Shown: piece by piece, positions 29,480 to 39,088 of the stretch
How the letters are laid out: every line of letters begins with the position of its first letter
Position numbering within the stretch: position 1 is the stretch's first letter
NCBI GenBank assembly: GCA_046861395.1
Contig: JBHHUC010000006.1
Span: forward strand, 1-59,283
Length of the DNA stretch: 59,283 nucleotides
Direction of reading: 5' to 3'
Source: Fidelibacterota bacterium
GTDB taxonomy: Bacteria > Fidelibacterota > Marinisomatia > Marinisomatales > JABMOV01
Position numbers and translations under genes: made by a program
The notes under the pieces: model-generated
The model's input: only the letters and a program-made list of their open reading frames with translations
Told to the model about the DNA's origin: nothing
Databases searched by the model: none

Positions 29480-30706
29480 TTGATGATGTATCGTACACTG
29501 CTGAACATCGTATGGCTGGTGGCAGCCATTTCATTTTGTTATGCGCAAAATGATTATCCCATTGTCCTTATTCATGGCTTCATTGGCTGGGGCCCGGAAG
29601 AAATGGGGGATTATAATTATTGGGGCGGGAACATGGATATTCAGGAGGAACTGGAAGCGGCCGGGAATACGGTCTATAATTTATCGGTGGGACCGGTATC
29701 ATCGAACTGGGAACGGGCAGTGGAAGCCTATTACCAGATTAAAGGCGGCCAGGTGGATTATGGCGTGAAGCATGCCGAAAAGTGGGGGATTGTTCGCCAA
29801 CCGGCAGGGAAGGAATATGTAGGACTCTATCCCCAGTGGGATGCTGACCACCCCGTCCACATCATAGGACATAGCATGGGCGGACAGACGGCGCGGATGC
29901 TGCTTTATCAGTTAAATGAAATTTTCATGCTTGATTCGGCCGGGATCACCCCCGAGCCTAGTGATCTCCTGGGAGAGGCCCATCCTGGTTATATTGCTTC
30001 CATCACAACCATCGCAACGCCTCACAATGGGACCACCCTATCCAATATCGTTACCCGATCAATTCCGTTTCTTCAGTATTTCGTAGGTGTTGCGGCCGTA
30101 ATTGGAAACAAATTCTACAGTTTTGATCTTGAGCAATGGGGTTTTAAACGATATCCCAATGAAAACTGGATGGCTTATTATAAACGAATGCGGGAACACC
30201 CGGCCTGGTCTACTAAAAATATCAGCGCTTGGGATTTGAGTATTAACGGGGCCCGGGAACTGAACACCTTTCTCCAGGCTGATCCTAGTGTCTACTATTT
30301 TTCCTTTTCCACCTCCGCCACACATCTGGATACGAGTACGGGTTATTATATTCCGGATAATTCCATGAACCTGATCTTAAAAGCCCGCGCCAGGATCATC
30401 GGTCGGGATGTGGCCTTTTGGGATGATGGATCGCAAACCGATTATACCTGGTTTGAAAATGATGGTGTGGTTAACACGATTTCAATGCGCGGTCCCACCA
30501 CCGGTTTAAATGGACCCGATCCCATTGCTGAATATCGTCCCAGTGAACCGCTGCTACCCGGTGTATGGTATACATTTCCCATCATAAAACTGGATCACTG
30601 GGCCATAATCGGACACCTGGCCAAGACGGAAGAAGAAAAGCAAATGGTAAAAGACTTGTTTTTACACCAGGCAGAACGTTTACATTCTTTGCCCATATTT
30701 CATTAA
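29480..30706 (+). CDS. Secreted lipase (family I.5/I.6-like alpha/beta hydrolase)
   Basis: PIVLIHGF, GHSMGG, SSNWERA, ENDGVVN, DHW; signal peptide. Confidence 0.88.
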   Translation: MMMYRTLLNIVWLVAAISFCYAQNDYPIVLIHGFIGWGPEEMGDYNYWGGNMDIQEELEAAGNTVYNLSVGPVSSNWERAVEAYYQIKGGQVDYGVKHAEKWGIVRQPAGKEYVGLYPQWDADHPVHIIGHSMGGQTARMLLYQLNEIFMLDSAGITPEPSDLLGEAHPGYIASITTIATPHNGTTLSNIVTRSIPFLQYFVGVAAVIGNKFYSFDLEQWGFKRYPNENWMAYYKRMREHPAWSTKNISAWDLSINGARELNTFLQADPSVYYFSFSTSATHLDTSTGYYIPDNSMNLILKARARIIGRDVAFWDDGSQTDYTWFENDGVVNTISMRGPTTGLNGPDPIAEYRPSEPLLPGVWYTFPIIKLDHWAIIGHLAKTEEEKQMVKDLFLHQAERLHSLPIFH

Positions 30707-30717
30707 GGAGAGATTTA

Positions 30718-32697
30718 ATGGCCAAAAAGAGAATTCAGATTAATGACCTTTATCGTTTAAAACTTGTGAGTGACCCCCAGATTTCCCCGGACGGACAACA
30801 GGTCTGTTTTGTACGGGAAATTATGAGTAAAAAGGACCGAAAATACTATTCAACCCTTTGGGCCGTAAATAATAACGGCCGCAACCTCCACCCACTGACG
30901 GGGGGAAAGCAACAGGACCGGCTGCCCCGCTGGTCACCGGACGGGAAGCGCCTGGCATTTGTACGCCAGGAAGATCACAAGGATCAGATTTGGATTTTAC
31001 CTCTGACGGGAGGGGAAGCGTTGCCCCTTACTCAGCTGAAGCATGGATCCATTTCCCAGCTCACCTGGTCGCCGGATGGGAAAAATATTGCTTTTCTATT
31101 TCATCCCCAGGGAAAAGAAGTGAAGAGAAAAAAAGACGGCAGCGCGGAAATACCGGTGTATCGCCATATTACCCGGCTCTGGTTTCGCCTGGACGGACAA
31201 GGCTTCTTTGACAGCGAATACACACATGTCTGGATAGCAGATGCCCGCACGGGAAAAGCAAAACAATTGGTTCAGGGGAATTATGATGATGCCTATCCTT
31301 GCTGGACCCCGGATAATAAGGAAATCGTATTTGTATCGAGTCGCTTTTCCAACTGGGAACAACGCCTTGAAGAACAATGCATCTACCGCGTCCCGGCCAG
31401 TGGTGGCGATGTTACGGAAATCAAAACACCGGAAGGGCCGGTCGAAGGGTTGGCCGTTTCTCCCGACGGACTGTGGGTGGCCTACTTGGGACACATGGAA
31501 CCCTATCATAGCTGGGGTGCCGTTAATTATCATCTGAATGTGGTTTCGATCGATGGAAAAACGCATAAGGAAATCGGGAAAACCCTGGACCGTACGGCAC
31601 TTTCTTTGACCATTGGCGATGTTACTCCGTCATTTGTGGTTACATCACCTGTCTGGTCATCGGACGGTACAACCGTTTATTATATTGTGTCCAGTGAAGG
31701 GCGACAGATCATTATGGGAGCCCGCATATCGGAGGGTGAAACTTTTCCCGTGGCATGTGAAGACGGTGTGGCAGTTTTCTTTTCCTTTTCGGCTGCCCGG
31801 GATGCTCTAGTCTTTCAAAAAGCGACGCTCGCGTCACCGGATGAAGTCTATTATGCGTCCTTATCCGACCCTGAAAAGCAGATCACTCATCTGAACCGGG
31901 CCTATTTAAACAGCAGGGATTTTCGTGTTCCGGAAGAAATCTGGTTTGAAAATATGGGTCAGGCTCTGCAGGGCTGGCTGGTAAAACCGCCGGACTTTGA
32001 TCCCGAAAATCACTATCCACTGATATTGAACATCCATGGGGGCCCCCGCGGTCAGTATGGCCGGACCTTCTTTCATGAAATGCTGGTGCTGGCGGCCAAC
32101 GGTTATGTGGTCTTGTACACTAATCCGCGGGGAAGCCAGGGGTATGGAATGGAATTCGCTCATGCCATTACTGCCCGTTGGGCCGAACCGGCCATGGGAG
32201 ATTTAATGGCCGGCGTGGATTATGTTCTGGCACAGGGGTCCGTGGACGAAAAGCGCATGGGGGTCACCGGAGGATCTTACGGTGGCTACATGACCAACTG
32301 GATTGTGACTCACTCCAACCGCTTTGCTGCTGCCGTTACCCAGCGAAGTGTTTCCGATCTTTCCAGTATGTTCGGGAATTCGGATATCGGCTGGGACTTG
32401 AATTATGAATTCGGCGGTGCACCGTGGGAAAAAAGAGATACATATACCAAGTGGTCTCCCATTACATATATCCGGGATTGCCATACGCCGCTTTTGGTTA
32501 TACACAGTGAAAACGATCTACGGTGCAATGTGGAACAGGGAGACCAGATGTATACGGCACTGAAGTTTTTACAGCGCGACGTGGAATATGTACGTTTTCC
32601 GGAAGAGCCTCACGGTCTGTCGCGTCACGGAAGGCCTGACCGGAGGGAAGCGCGCTTGCAATTCATGTTGAAATGGTTCGACAAATATTTAAAATAG
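30718..32697 (+). CDS. S9 family peptidase (acylaminoacyl/dipeptidyl aminopeptidase)
   Basis: PD40-like WSPDG repeats, IHGGP, GGSYGG, D-R-C, E-PHG; start reassigned to ATG 30718 after AGGAG. Confidence 0.93.
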   Translation: MAKKRIQINDLYRLKLVSDPQISPDGQQVCFVREIMSKKDRKYYSTLWAVNNNGRNLHPLTGGKQQDRLPRWSPDGKRLAFVRQEDHKDQIWILPLTGGEALPLTQLKHGSISQLTWSPDGKNIAFLFHPQGKEVKRKKDGSAEIPVYRHITRLWFRLDGQGFFDSEYTHVWIADARTGKAKQLVQGNYDDAYPCWTPDNKEIVFVSSRFSNWEQRLEEQCIYRVPASGGDVTEIKTPEGPVEGLAVSPDGLWVAYLGHMEPYHSWGAVNYHLNVVSIDGKTHKEIGKTLDRTALSLTIGDVTPSFVVTSPVWSSDGTTVYYIVSSEGRQIIMGARISEGETFPVACEDGVAVFFSFSAARDALVFQKATLASPDEVYYASLSDPEKQITHLNRAYLNSRDFRVPEEIWFENMGQALQGWLVKPPDFDPENHYPLILNIHGGPRGQYGRTFFHEMLVLAANGYVVLYTNPRGSQGYGMEFAHAITARWAEPAMGDLMAGVDYVLAQGSVDEKRMGVTGGSYGGYMTNWIVTHSNRFAAAVTQRSVSDLSSMFGNSDIGWDLNYEFGGAPWEKRDTYTKWSPITYIRDCHTPLLVIHSENDLRCNVEQGDQMYTALKFLQRDVEYVRFPEEPHGLSRHGRPDRREARLQFMLKWFDKYLK

Positions 32698-32706
32698 GGA
32701 GGCACA

Positions 32707-33129
32707 ATGTCACTTACGTTGGACACCCTGATCAAGGCGTTAAATAAGGACTTGGAATGGGAATATGCTGCGGGGATTCAATATATCAACCACGCGGCTG
32801 TCATGACCGGGGCGAAATTTGACAGTATTATCAAGGAATTGGTTATTCATTCACAGGAAGAAATGGCCCATGCCACAGCGCTTGCGGAACAAATTTCCTT
32901 TCTCGGTGGCAACCCTTCAGTTTCGGTGGAAACAATAGAAACGGGGACCGAGGCGTTGACCATGCTGGAACAGGATTTGCGCGGGGAACAACATGCCATC
33001 GACAGTTATAAGGAACGAATTTGGCAAGCCGAACAATTGCGCGAATACGGATTGCGTCGTTTCCTCGAAGACGTCCTCATGCAGGAAGAAGAACACAAGC
33101 GCGATTTGATGACTGCGTTGGGACAATAG
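32707..33129 (+). CDS. Ferritin-like (bacterioferritin-type) di-iron protein
   Basis: E..A.IQY, EEMAH, EQHAI..Y, EEEH motifs; GGAGG upstream. Confidence 0.85.
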   Translation: MSLTLDTLIKALNKDLEWEYAAGIQYINHAAVMTGAKFDSIIKELVIHSQEEMAHATALAEQISFLGGNPSVSVETIETGTEALTMLEQDLRGEQHAIDSYKERIWQAEQLREYGLRRFLEDVLMQEEEHKRDLMTALGQ

Positions 33130-33179
33130 GTAGTGAGAAAAGTATTTCTTTTTGCGAATAGTAGTTGTAATATACAAAC

Positions 33180-33605
33180 ATGGAATTCGGCGAACTGGTA
33201 TTCACCCTCTTGCGCGATCTTCAGGCCGTCTTTCGGAGAAAACTGAAATTATCCGGAATCACGCTGCCGCAACTAGTCATTCTATCTTCCGTCCCCGATG
33301 AAGGGATTGATATGACTTCTTTAGCCCAAAATATAGGTGTGGATAATTCCACCCTTACCCGTACGACAGGAATGCTGATTGGCCGGGGACTGATCTATAA
33401 GGAAAAATCCGAAATTGACCACCGGTCAAACCTACTTTTCCTGACAGCTGAAGGTGAAAGGGTACAGGAAAAAATCGATCTGGAAATCGATCGTCTGGGT
33501 GAAGAAATAGGTAATTTGTTTCCCTACGATGAGCGGGACGAGATCAAATCGGTCCTAGCATCATTTCACTGGGCCTTTTCCCGATTAAGATTAAAACAAT
33601 ATTAA
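33180..33605 (+). CDS. MarR family transcriptional regulator
   Basis: LAQ.IGVD.STLTR, D.R..L.LT.EG. Confidence 0.88.
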   Translation: MEFGELVFTLLRDLQAVFRRKLKLSGITLPQLVILSSVPDEGIDMTSLAQNIGVDNSTLTRTTGMLIGRGLIYKEKSEIDHRSNLLFLTAEGERVQEKIDLEIDRLGEEIGNLFPYDERDEIKSVLASFHWAFSRLRLKQY

Positions 33606-33606
33606 T

Positions 33607-34680
33607 TTGTATAATACAAACAAACAATCATTTCGCTCGTCGTTGTTAACATGGTATGATCGATACGGCCGGCTTCTGCCATGGCGGAAAACGAAAGATC
33701 CTTATAGAATCTGGTTATCGGAGATCATGTTGCAGCAGACCCAGGTTAAAACCGTTATTCCCTATTATCATCGCTGGCTGCAGGAATTTCCCACGATTCA
33801 CGCTGTAGCGGAGGCGCCCCTTGATGCAATCATCAAACAATGGGAAGGTCTGGGGTATTATGCCCGATGCCGGAATTTTTATACCGCAGCTCAGATGGTA
33901 AGAGACAAAAACGACGGAAATATTCCTATGGCCAGAGAGGAGTTCCGACAATTACCCGGTGTAGGCGATTACACGGCCAATATGGTCCTCAGTATTGTAT
34001 GTCGGGAACCCCTTCCTGCCCTTGATGGTAACCTGCAACGAATCGGCTACCGGTTACTGGGATTGAAACGAGAAACGCCCTATAATCAACGGCGAGTAGA
34101 AAAATATTTCACTACACTTATCGACAGGAACCGCCCCGGAGATTTCAATCAGGCTCTTATGGATTTGGGCAGTGACATTTGCAGGGCCCGGGAAGTCAGC
34201 TGTCATCGCTGTCCCCTGAAACAGCATTGTACAACGGCGGGAAAAAGTAACCCCCTGGATTATCCCCAGCTCCGCAGGCAAAAAGAAATACCACATCGTC
34301 ATGTATTCGCCGGATTTATTCAGTCCGGAGATAAATTTCTGGTACGCCGCCGGGCGGAAAAACTGCTGCACGGTCTATGGGAATTACCGGCTGTTTTCCT
34401 AGACTATCATAGAGATGAAGATCTGATCAAGGAAAAGATGGAGACGCATACAGGATATCAGCTTAACTATCAGTACACGAGTGGAACCATCACGCATCAA
34501 TATTCTCATTTTATACTCACGGCCACTTTGTTTCATTATCGTCTATCCGGGGTAACCCATGGCAACGACAAGCCCAATCAGCGTTGGATTACGAGGGATG
34601 AGATTCAGGAATATGCTTTTCATAAAGCGTCGCATAAATTATTTTCATTATTGGATTCTTCCCCGGCTCATGATGCTTAA
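33607..34680 (+). CDS. mutY: A/G-specific adenine glycosylase
   Basis: WLSEIMLQQTQV, WEGLGYYAR, LPGVGDYTA, C-x6-C-x2-C-x5-C cluster, NUDIX-like C-terminus. Confidence 0.96.
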   Translation: MYNTNKQSFRSSLLTWYDRYGRLLPWRKTKDPYRIWLSEIMLQQTQVKTVIPYYHRWLQEFPTIHAVAEAPLDAIIKQWEGLGYYARCRNFYTAAQMVRDKNDGNIPMAREEFRQLPGVGDYTANMVLSIVCREPLPALDGNLQRIGYRLLGLKRETPYNQRRVEKYFTTLIDRNRPGDFNQALMDLGSDICRAREVSCHRCPLKQHCTTAGKSNPLDYPQLRRQKEIPHRHVFAGFIQSGDKFLVRRRAEKLLHGLWELPAVFLDYHRDEDLIKEKMETHTGYQLNYQYTSGTITHQYSHFILTATLFHYRLSGVTHGNDKPNQRWITRDEIQEYAFHKASHKLFSLLDSSPAHDA

Positions 34681-35383
34681 GACACTATTCTCCCTCATCA
34701 TCTATCCCATCGGAGTAACGGTATTTGTCCTGGCGGCGGCCGTTTATCTGATAGCGACCATTTTTATCCATCCACAAAAACTTCATGGTTTTGCCAAGGC
34801 CATTGCCCGGTTTTTCCTCCTGGTCTGCGGACAATGGGTGACCTATGAAGGACCGATTCCAGATAAAGATGCCGGACCGTTCCTCTACATGTTTAATCAT
34901 CAATCCATGTTTGATGGCTTTCTCCTGGTGGGGGGAATAAATCATCATGTAACTGGTGTCGGAGCAAATAAACAGTTCGCGTATCCCATCTGGGGACAAA
35001 TCGTAAAACGGTACGGCATCATTCCCATTCGGCGGTCAGAACTGAAACAGGCGATTAACAGCCTGGATTTACTAGAAAAAGCCATTCGCAAAGGAACCAC
35101 ATGCCTCATTTCTCCCGAAGGCACCCGCACCCTGGATGGTGCCATGAACCGATTTAAAAAAGGTCCGTTTCATGTGGCCAAGAACACTGGCGTCACCATT
35201 GTTCCCATTGGCATTATTGGTGCCTTTCGGGCCAAACCGAAAAATGATTGGCGATTTTCGCCCGGAAAAATCCGTGTACGTTTCGGCGAACCCGTTTCAC
35301 ACCGGCAATATCAGGATATGACAATGGAAGAATTAAGGGACTATATTTTCGAAAAGATTAGTATATTAGCTTATCCGCAATGA
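34670..35383 (+). CDS. plsC: 1-acyl-sn-glycerol-3-phosphate acyltransferase family
   Basis: NHQSMFD, PEGTR, FKKGPF; start reassigned to ATG 34670. Confidence 0.88.
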   Translation: MMLKTLFSLIIYPIGVTVFVLAAAVYLIATIFIHPQKLHGFAKAIARFFLLVCGQWVTYEGPIPDKDAGPFLYMFNHQSMFDGFLLVGGINHHVTGVGANKQFAYPIWGQIVKRYGIIPIRRSELKQAINSLDLLEKAIRKGTTCLISPEGTRTLDGAMNRFKKGPFHVAKNTGVTIVPIGIIGAFRAKPKNDWRFSPGKIRVRFGEPVSHRQYQDMTMEELRDYIFEKISILAYPQ

Positions 35384-35434
35384 GGGGAAATTTTTCCTTT
35401 TTTGCGGTTATAAGCCCGTTACAGTCATGACAAA

Positions 35435-37150
35435 ATGAATATATCTGAAAAGACAATCGTAATCACCGGCGCCGGCGGAAACGTTGGTCGCCAGCTGACG
35501 CAGGCCCTTCATAAGGCCGGTGCGACAGTGATTGCCATACGGCGTGGTCCGTCCACTACCGTGATGGAAACGAGTCGCCGCCTGTTTACGGTCAAATGTG
35601 ATCTGACAAATGAACACGCCGTAAGGCAATTGGTCCGGTCCATTCAGCATACCTGTGGTAACATCCAGGCCTGGGTTAATGTGGCCGGCGGTTTTACCGC
35701 AGCAGGGGAAGTTGAATCCACCGGACGGAATGTCTGGACGCAAATGTTATCCGTTAATTTTATTACGACGCTTAACTGTTGTCAGGCTGTTCTGCCCCAC
35801 ATGAAGGAAAACAGGAGCGGGGAAATCATAAATTTCGGCAGTTATCCGGCGGAAACCGGTATGGCCAAGGCAGCGCCTTACGCCGTGGCAAAGGCGGCCA
35901 TCCATGCCCTGACCAAATCCATTGCCCAAGAAGGAAAGGCGTTTGGTATCAAAGCCCGGGTTGTTGCCCCTGAAACCATTGATACTCCCGCTAACCGGGA
36001 AGCCATGCCCGATGCCGACTGGAGTTCCTGGGTATCCATTGATGATATTACCCGGGTTGTTCTGAATTTATTAGAATCGTCCGCACCCACCGACGATGTT
36101 CTTATACCCGTCAAAAAGGACGCGTCCGGACAGCTTCCAGAACCAGATACCAGTCTGCTGAATATATTTTCTTCTGAAGATGTACCGGCCACACCGGAGC
36201 CGGAAACTGAATTAAAACCTCCCGTCGTATCGACCGAATCACCAAAGTCTAAAACGACTGAACCGGAACCGGCCCAACCGGATAATGCCCTGGAAGACCT
36301 GTTGGTCAAGGCTGCGCAGGTCAAGGCCGAAACGGAAGAAGTGCGTGAGGAACCAGCCGTTACGCAGGAAGAAACAACCCCGACCAAGGAGGCTCCCACA
36401 CCATCGTCGGAGGAAACGGAAGCGGCCGAGCCAGAAGAAAGTGAAGCAACAGAACCGGAAGCGGTGAGCGAAGAAAAAGAAGAAGAGAAAGAATCTGAAC
36501 CGGAACCGGAAGATGCGGTTGAATTTGAAGGCGAGGCGGAAGAACCGCTCTTTAATTCCGAGGACCTGAAACAGGATACAACCCCCGGAAATGAACTGGA
36601 TATGGATGATGATTTATTTGCCGACAGTCGGGTATTCACGGTAGCAGATAAAAAAGAGGATTCGGCAGCCAAGACACCGGAACCAAATTCGGAAGAACCG
36701 GTTGCGGCGGAACAGAAAAAAGCGGAAGAAAAAACCGATTACCAATATAATCAGGGTTTTAAGGAAGCAACCAACCGCCTCCTGGAAATATTTAAGAAAC
36801 CGACTGAAGAACCGAAGACCGGCGATGAGGAACAGAAAGAAGAGGCAATCGATCCGGATAATGCATCCTTTGAACTGGTGGAACACCTGGTCATGCGCTA
36901 TGAATATGATAAGGCGCTGGACATGTTGGCGGCCCTGGAACGCCGCGGTGCGCCTGCTGAAAAAATAAAGGAGGCCCGCCAGGAAATCGAAGCCAGCCGC
37001 CTGCAGGATACATCCGGCAAGGATGAGCCGGCCGGCGAGGAGGATTCTTCCGAAGAACCAACAGAAAAGGGTGATCTCTCCCAGTATATCAGTGAAGTGA
37101 CGGCGCAACGCGCCAAGGAAAAAGCCGGTTCCGGTAAAAAAAAAAGCTAG
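35435..37150 (+). CDS. SDR oxidoreductase domain fused to a long Glu/Pro-rich region (probable 5' part of a larger gene)
   Basis: TGAGGNVG, NFGS, YAVAK, PETIDTPANR in first ~215 aa; then ~350 aa acidic low-complexity sequence; stop follows an A10 run. Confidence 0.85.
   Translation: MNISEKTIVITGAGGNVGRQLTQALHKAGATVIAIRRGPSTTVMETSRRLFTVKCDLTNEHAVRQLVRSIQHTCGNIQAWVNVAGGFTAAGEVESTGRNVWTQMLSVNFITTLNCCQAVLPHMKENRSGEIINFGSYPAETGMAKAAPYAVAKAAIHALTKSIAQEGKAFGIKARVVAPETIDTPANREAMPDADWSSWVSIDDITRVVLNLLESSAPTDDVLIPVKKDASGQLPEPDTSLLNIFSSEDVPATPEPETELKPPVVSTESPKSKTTEPEPAQPDNALEDLLVKAAQVKAETEEVREEPAVTQEETTPTKEAPTPSSEETEAAEPEESEATEPEAVSEEKEEEKESEPEPEDAVEFEGEAEEPLFNSEDLKQDTTPGNELDMDDDLFADSRVFTVADKKEDSAAKTPEPNSEEPVAAEQKKAEEKTDYQYNQGFKEATNRLLEIFKKPTEEPKTGDEEQKEEAIDPDNASFELVEHLVMRYEYDKALDMLAALERRGAPAEKIKEARQEIEASRLQDTSGKDEPAGEEDSSEEPTEKGDLSQYISEVTAQRAKEKAGSGKKKS
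37136..37145 (+). repeat. A10 homopolymer at the ORF junction (candidate slippage/frameshift site)
   Basis: GGT AAAAAAAAAA GCTAG; one extra A, or a -1 shift, fuses the two flanking ORFs. Confidence 0.85.
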
Positions 37151-37173
37151 TTTTATCTAAACCCGTTCTGATT

Positions 37174-38010
37174 ATGATTCCAGTGATTCTCATTGGAGTG
37201 ATCTATCTCTGGATTTCATCGAAGACGGCACCCACACCAACTGTTTTCCCCCTTGTCCAGGCCCCGGAATCCCTATCGACTGCCGTCATGGATTCCACGT
37301 CTGATGACAGTCTGGAATCTCCCTCCGTAAGTGCAAAGGATACCGTCAAATCGAAACCGTCCGAACCGAAACCTTTATTAGCCAAGGTCATGACCAAACA
37401 GTCGGAACCAGTAAAAGAGGAAAAGAAAGCGCCAACAGTAACCCCGGTCAAAAAGGAAGAAAAGAAAGAGGAACAGAAACAAAAACCGCTACAGCGTCCA
37501 TCACCTCCTCCGGTACCCAAACAGGTTTCAGTGCCACAGGTTACTCCGCCGGACACCACACCCGTGGTGGTGAAAACAGATACGCTGGAGACAGTTACTC
37601 AGAATCGGGATTCATTGCTGGTGATGATTGACGACCCTGCCCTGCTTTTCAAAATGAAGGAATATGAACGGGCAGCACAACGCTGGGACGCAGAAAAGAA
37701 ACAATCTTACAGCCGATTTACCATTGTGCTTATGTATGCCTGCAGTCCGGCCACCATTGATACGGTATTGAATATTATCCCCGATCCGGAAGAATTGTTT
37801 ATCCTGCCCAAGACCATTGAAGAGCAGGGCTGCTACATTATTTGCTGGGGTGATTTTGAAACCCGGCAAATGGCCGATGCCCAATACTTATCCCTGCCGC
37901 CCTGGTTTGCCGAACATGGCTTATCACCCATGGTACGTCCTTTCTTTAAGATTGATCAGTTGACACGCCTGACCATGACCCGACTCATTATGAATCAACC
38001 GTCACACTGA
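37174..38010 (+). CDS. TM helix + Pro/Lys-rich linker + SPOR/DamX-like domain (probable 3' part of the upstream gene)
   Basis: Frame is open upstream through the A10 run; no SD before the ATG; C-terminal FTIVL...CYIICWGDFETRQMA..LSLP pattern resembles SPOR. Confidence 0.7.
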   Translation: MIPVILIGVIYLWISSKTAPTPTVFPLVQAPESLSTAVMDSTSDDSLESPSVSAKDTVKSKPSEPKPLLAKVMTKQSEPVKEEKKAPTVTPVKKEEKKEEQKQKPLQRPSPPPVPKQVSVPQVTPPDTTPVVVKTDTLETVTQNRDSLLVMIDDPALLFKMKEYERAAQRWDAEKKQSYSRFTIVLMYACSPATIDTVLNIIPDPEELFILPKTIEEQGCYIICWGDFETRQMADAQYLSLPPWFAEHGLSPMVRPFFKIDQLTRLTMTRLIMNQPSH

Positions 38011-38019
38011 TTATATCCT

Positions 38020-38697
38020 TTGCATGCCCGATTCCCTCTTTATCTGTTTGACATTGATGGCACCCTAATTTCACCCGGTCCGGAAGCGCGCCGCATCCTC
38101 AATAAAGCGATTCAGGACACCATAGGTGTCGATCCGGATTTACAATTACAGGATGTCGCGGGTTTCACCGATAGGACCATCGTAGGGCAGGCGTTACAGC
38201 GTTACGGCTGCAAGAACCATATTCCTGCCGTAACAGATGAAGTCATTGGACGCTATCTCATTGGGCTGGAAAAGCATTTCCGGGAATCGGACCGCCCCTT
38301 TGTTTTTCCTGATGCCCTTCATCTGATTGAAAAAATTGAGGAACAAGGTGGCGCCATAGGACTTTTAACCGGCAACGTACGGGCGGGGGCTGAAATTAAA
38401 TTAGGCCGGTTCAACCTATGGCACCGGTTCGCTTTTGGCATTTTTGGTGATGAAGCCGAAGACCGCCTGGGGCTGGGGTCTCTGGTACCGGAGCGGGCCC
38501 GGAAAATATTGGGCCAAACCTATCGTTATGAAGAAATGATAATTGTGGGAGATACGGAACAGGATGCCCGGCTGGCATCGGCCTACGGTATGCAATCCAT
38601 CATTGTATGCCGGTATGAACCGTGGAGAAATAATATCCGCCTGGCCGGCGCCGATCGCATCGTCCGATCACTGGATGAAATAACATCAATTTGTTGA
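38020..38697 (+). CDS. HAD-superfamily hydrolase
   Basis: LFDIDGTL, LLTGN, VGDT..D. Confidence 0.9.
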   Translation: MHARFPLYLFDIDGTLISPGPEARRILNKAIQDTIGVDPDLQLQDVAGFTDRTIVGQALQRYGCKNHIPAVTDEVIGRYLIGLEKHFRESDRPFVFPDALHLIEKIEEQGGAIGLLTGNVRAGAEIKLGRFNLWHRFAFGIFGDEAEDRLGLGSLVPERARKILGQTYRYEEMIIVGDTEQDARLASAYGMQSIIVCRYEPWRNNIRLAGADRIVRSLDEITSIC

Positions 38698-38704
38698 GGA
38701 GATT

Positions 38705-39088
38705 ATGATATTACCTATCATTAAAACAGTGCATATTTTTTCATTGGCAACCTGGTTTGGGAGTGCGCTGGTTCTGGAATACCTGAATCGCAGATCGTCC
38801 GATGACACGGCGTTAAAAACTCTATTGGTAGGACGTTATGCCTTCTGGGCTGGGTTGGGATTGATTATCACCGGCACCATTATGCTGATGGATCAGACAG
38901 CTTTTTTGAAAATGGGTTGGCTACATACGAAATTGCTCACCATCCTTCTTTTAATGGGACTGGGTCACATGGCAAAAGGGGCGCTGCGGAAGGATGCCGG
39001 TAACATTCGGAAACAGCTTCTGTTTAATCGTCTGATTATGGCTGGTTTGGTTCTGGCGGTTCTCTTGGTGGAACTGAAACCGTTTTAA
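38705..39088 (+). CDS. Small 4-TM membrane protein (CopD/HemJ/SirB2-like)
   Basis: VHI, GWLHTKL, VELKPF terminus; hydrophobic segments. Confidence 0.6.
   Translation: MILPIIKTVHIFSLATWFGSALVLEYLNRRSSDDTALKTLLVGRYAFWAGLGLIITGTIMLMDQTAFLKMGWLHTKLLTILLLMGLGHMAKGALRKDAGNIRKQLLFNRLIMAGLVLAVLLVELKPF

Noticed and set aside
30565-30717. Long overlap between the lipase and S9 peptidase genes
   Set aside because: A strong SD precedes ATG 30718, which removes the overlap.
35878-36672. 264 aa Ser-rich antisense ORF
   Set aside because: Mirror of the GAA-rich acidic coding strand; no independent signal.
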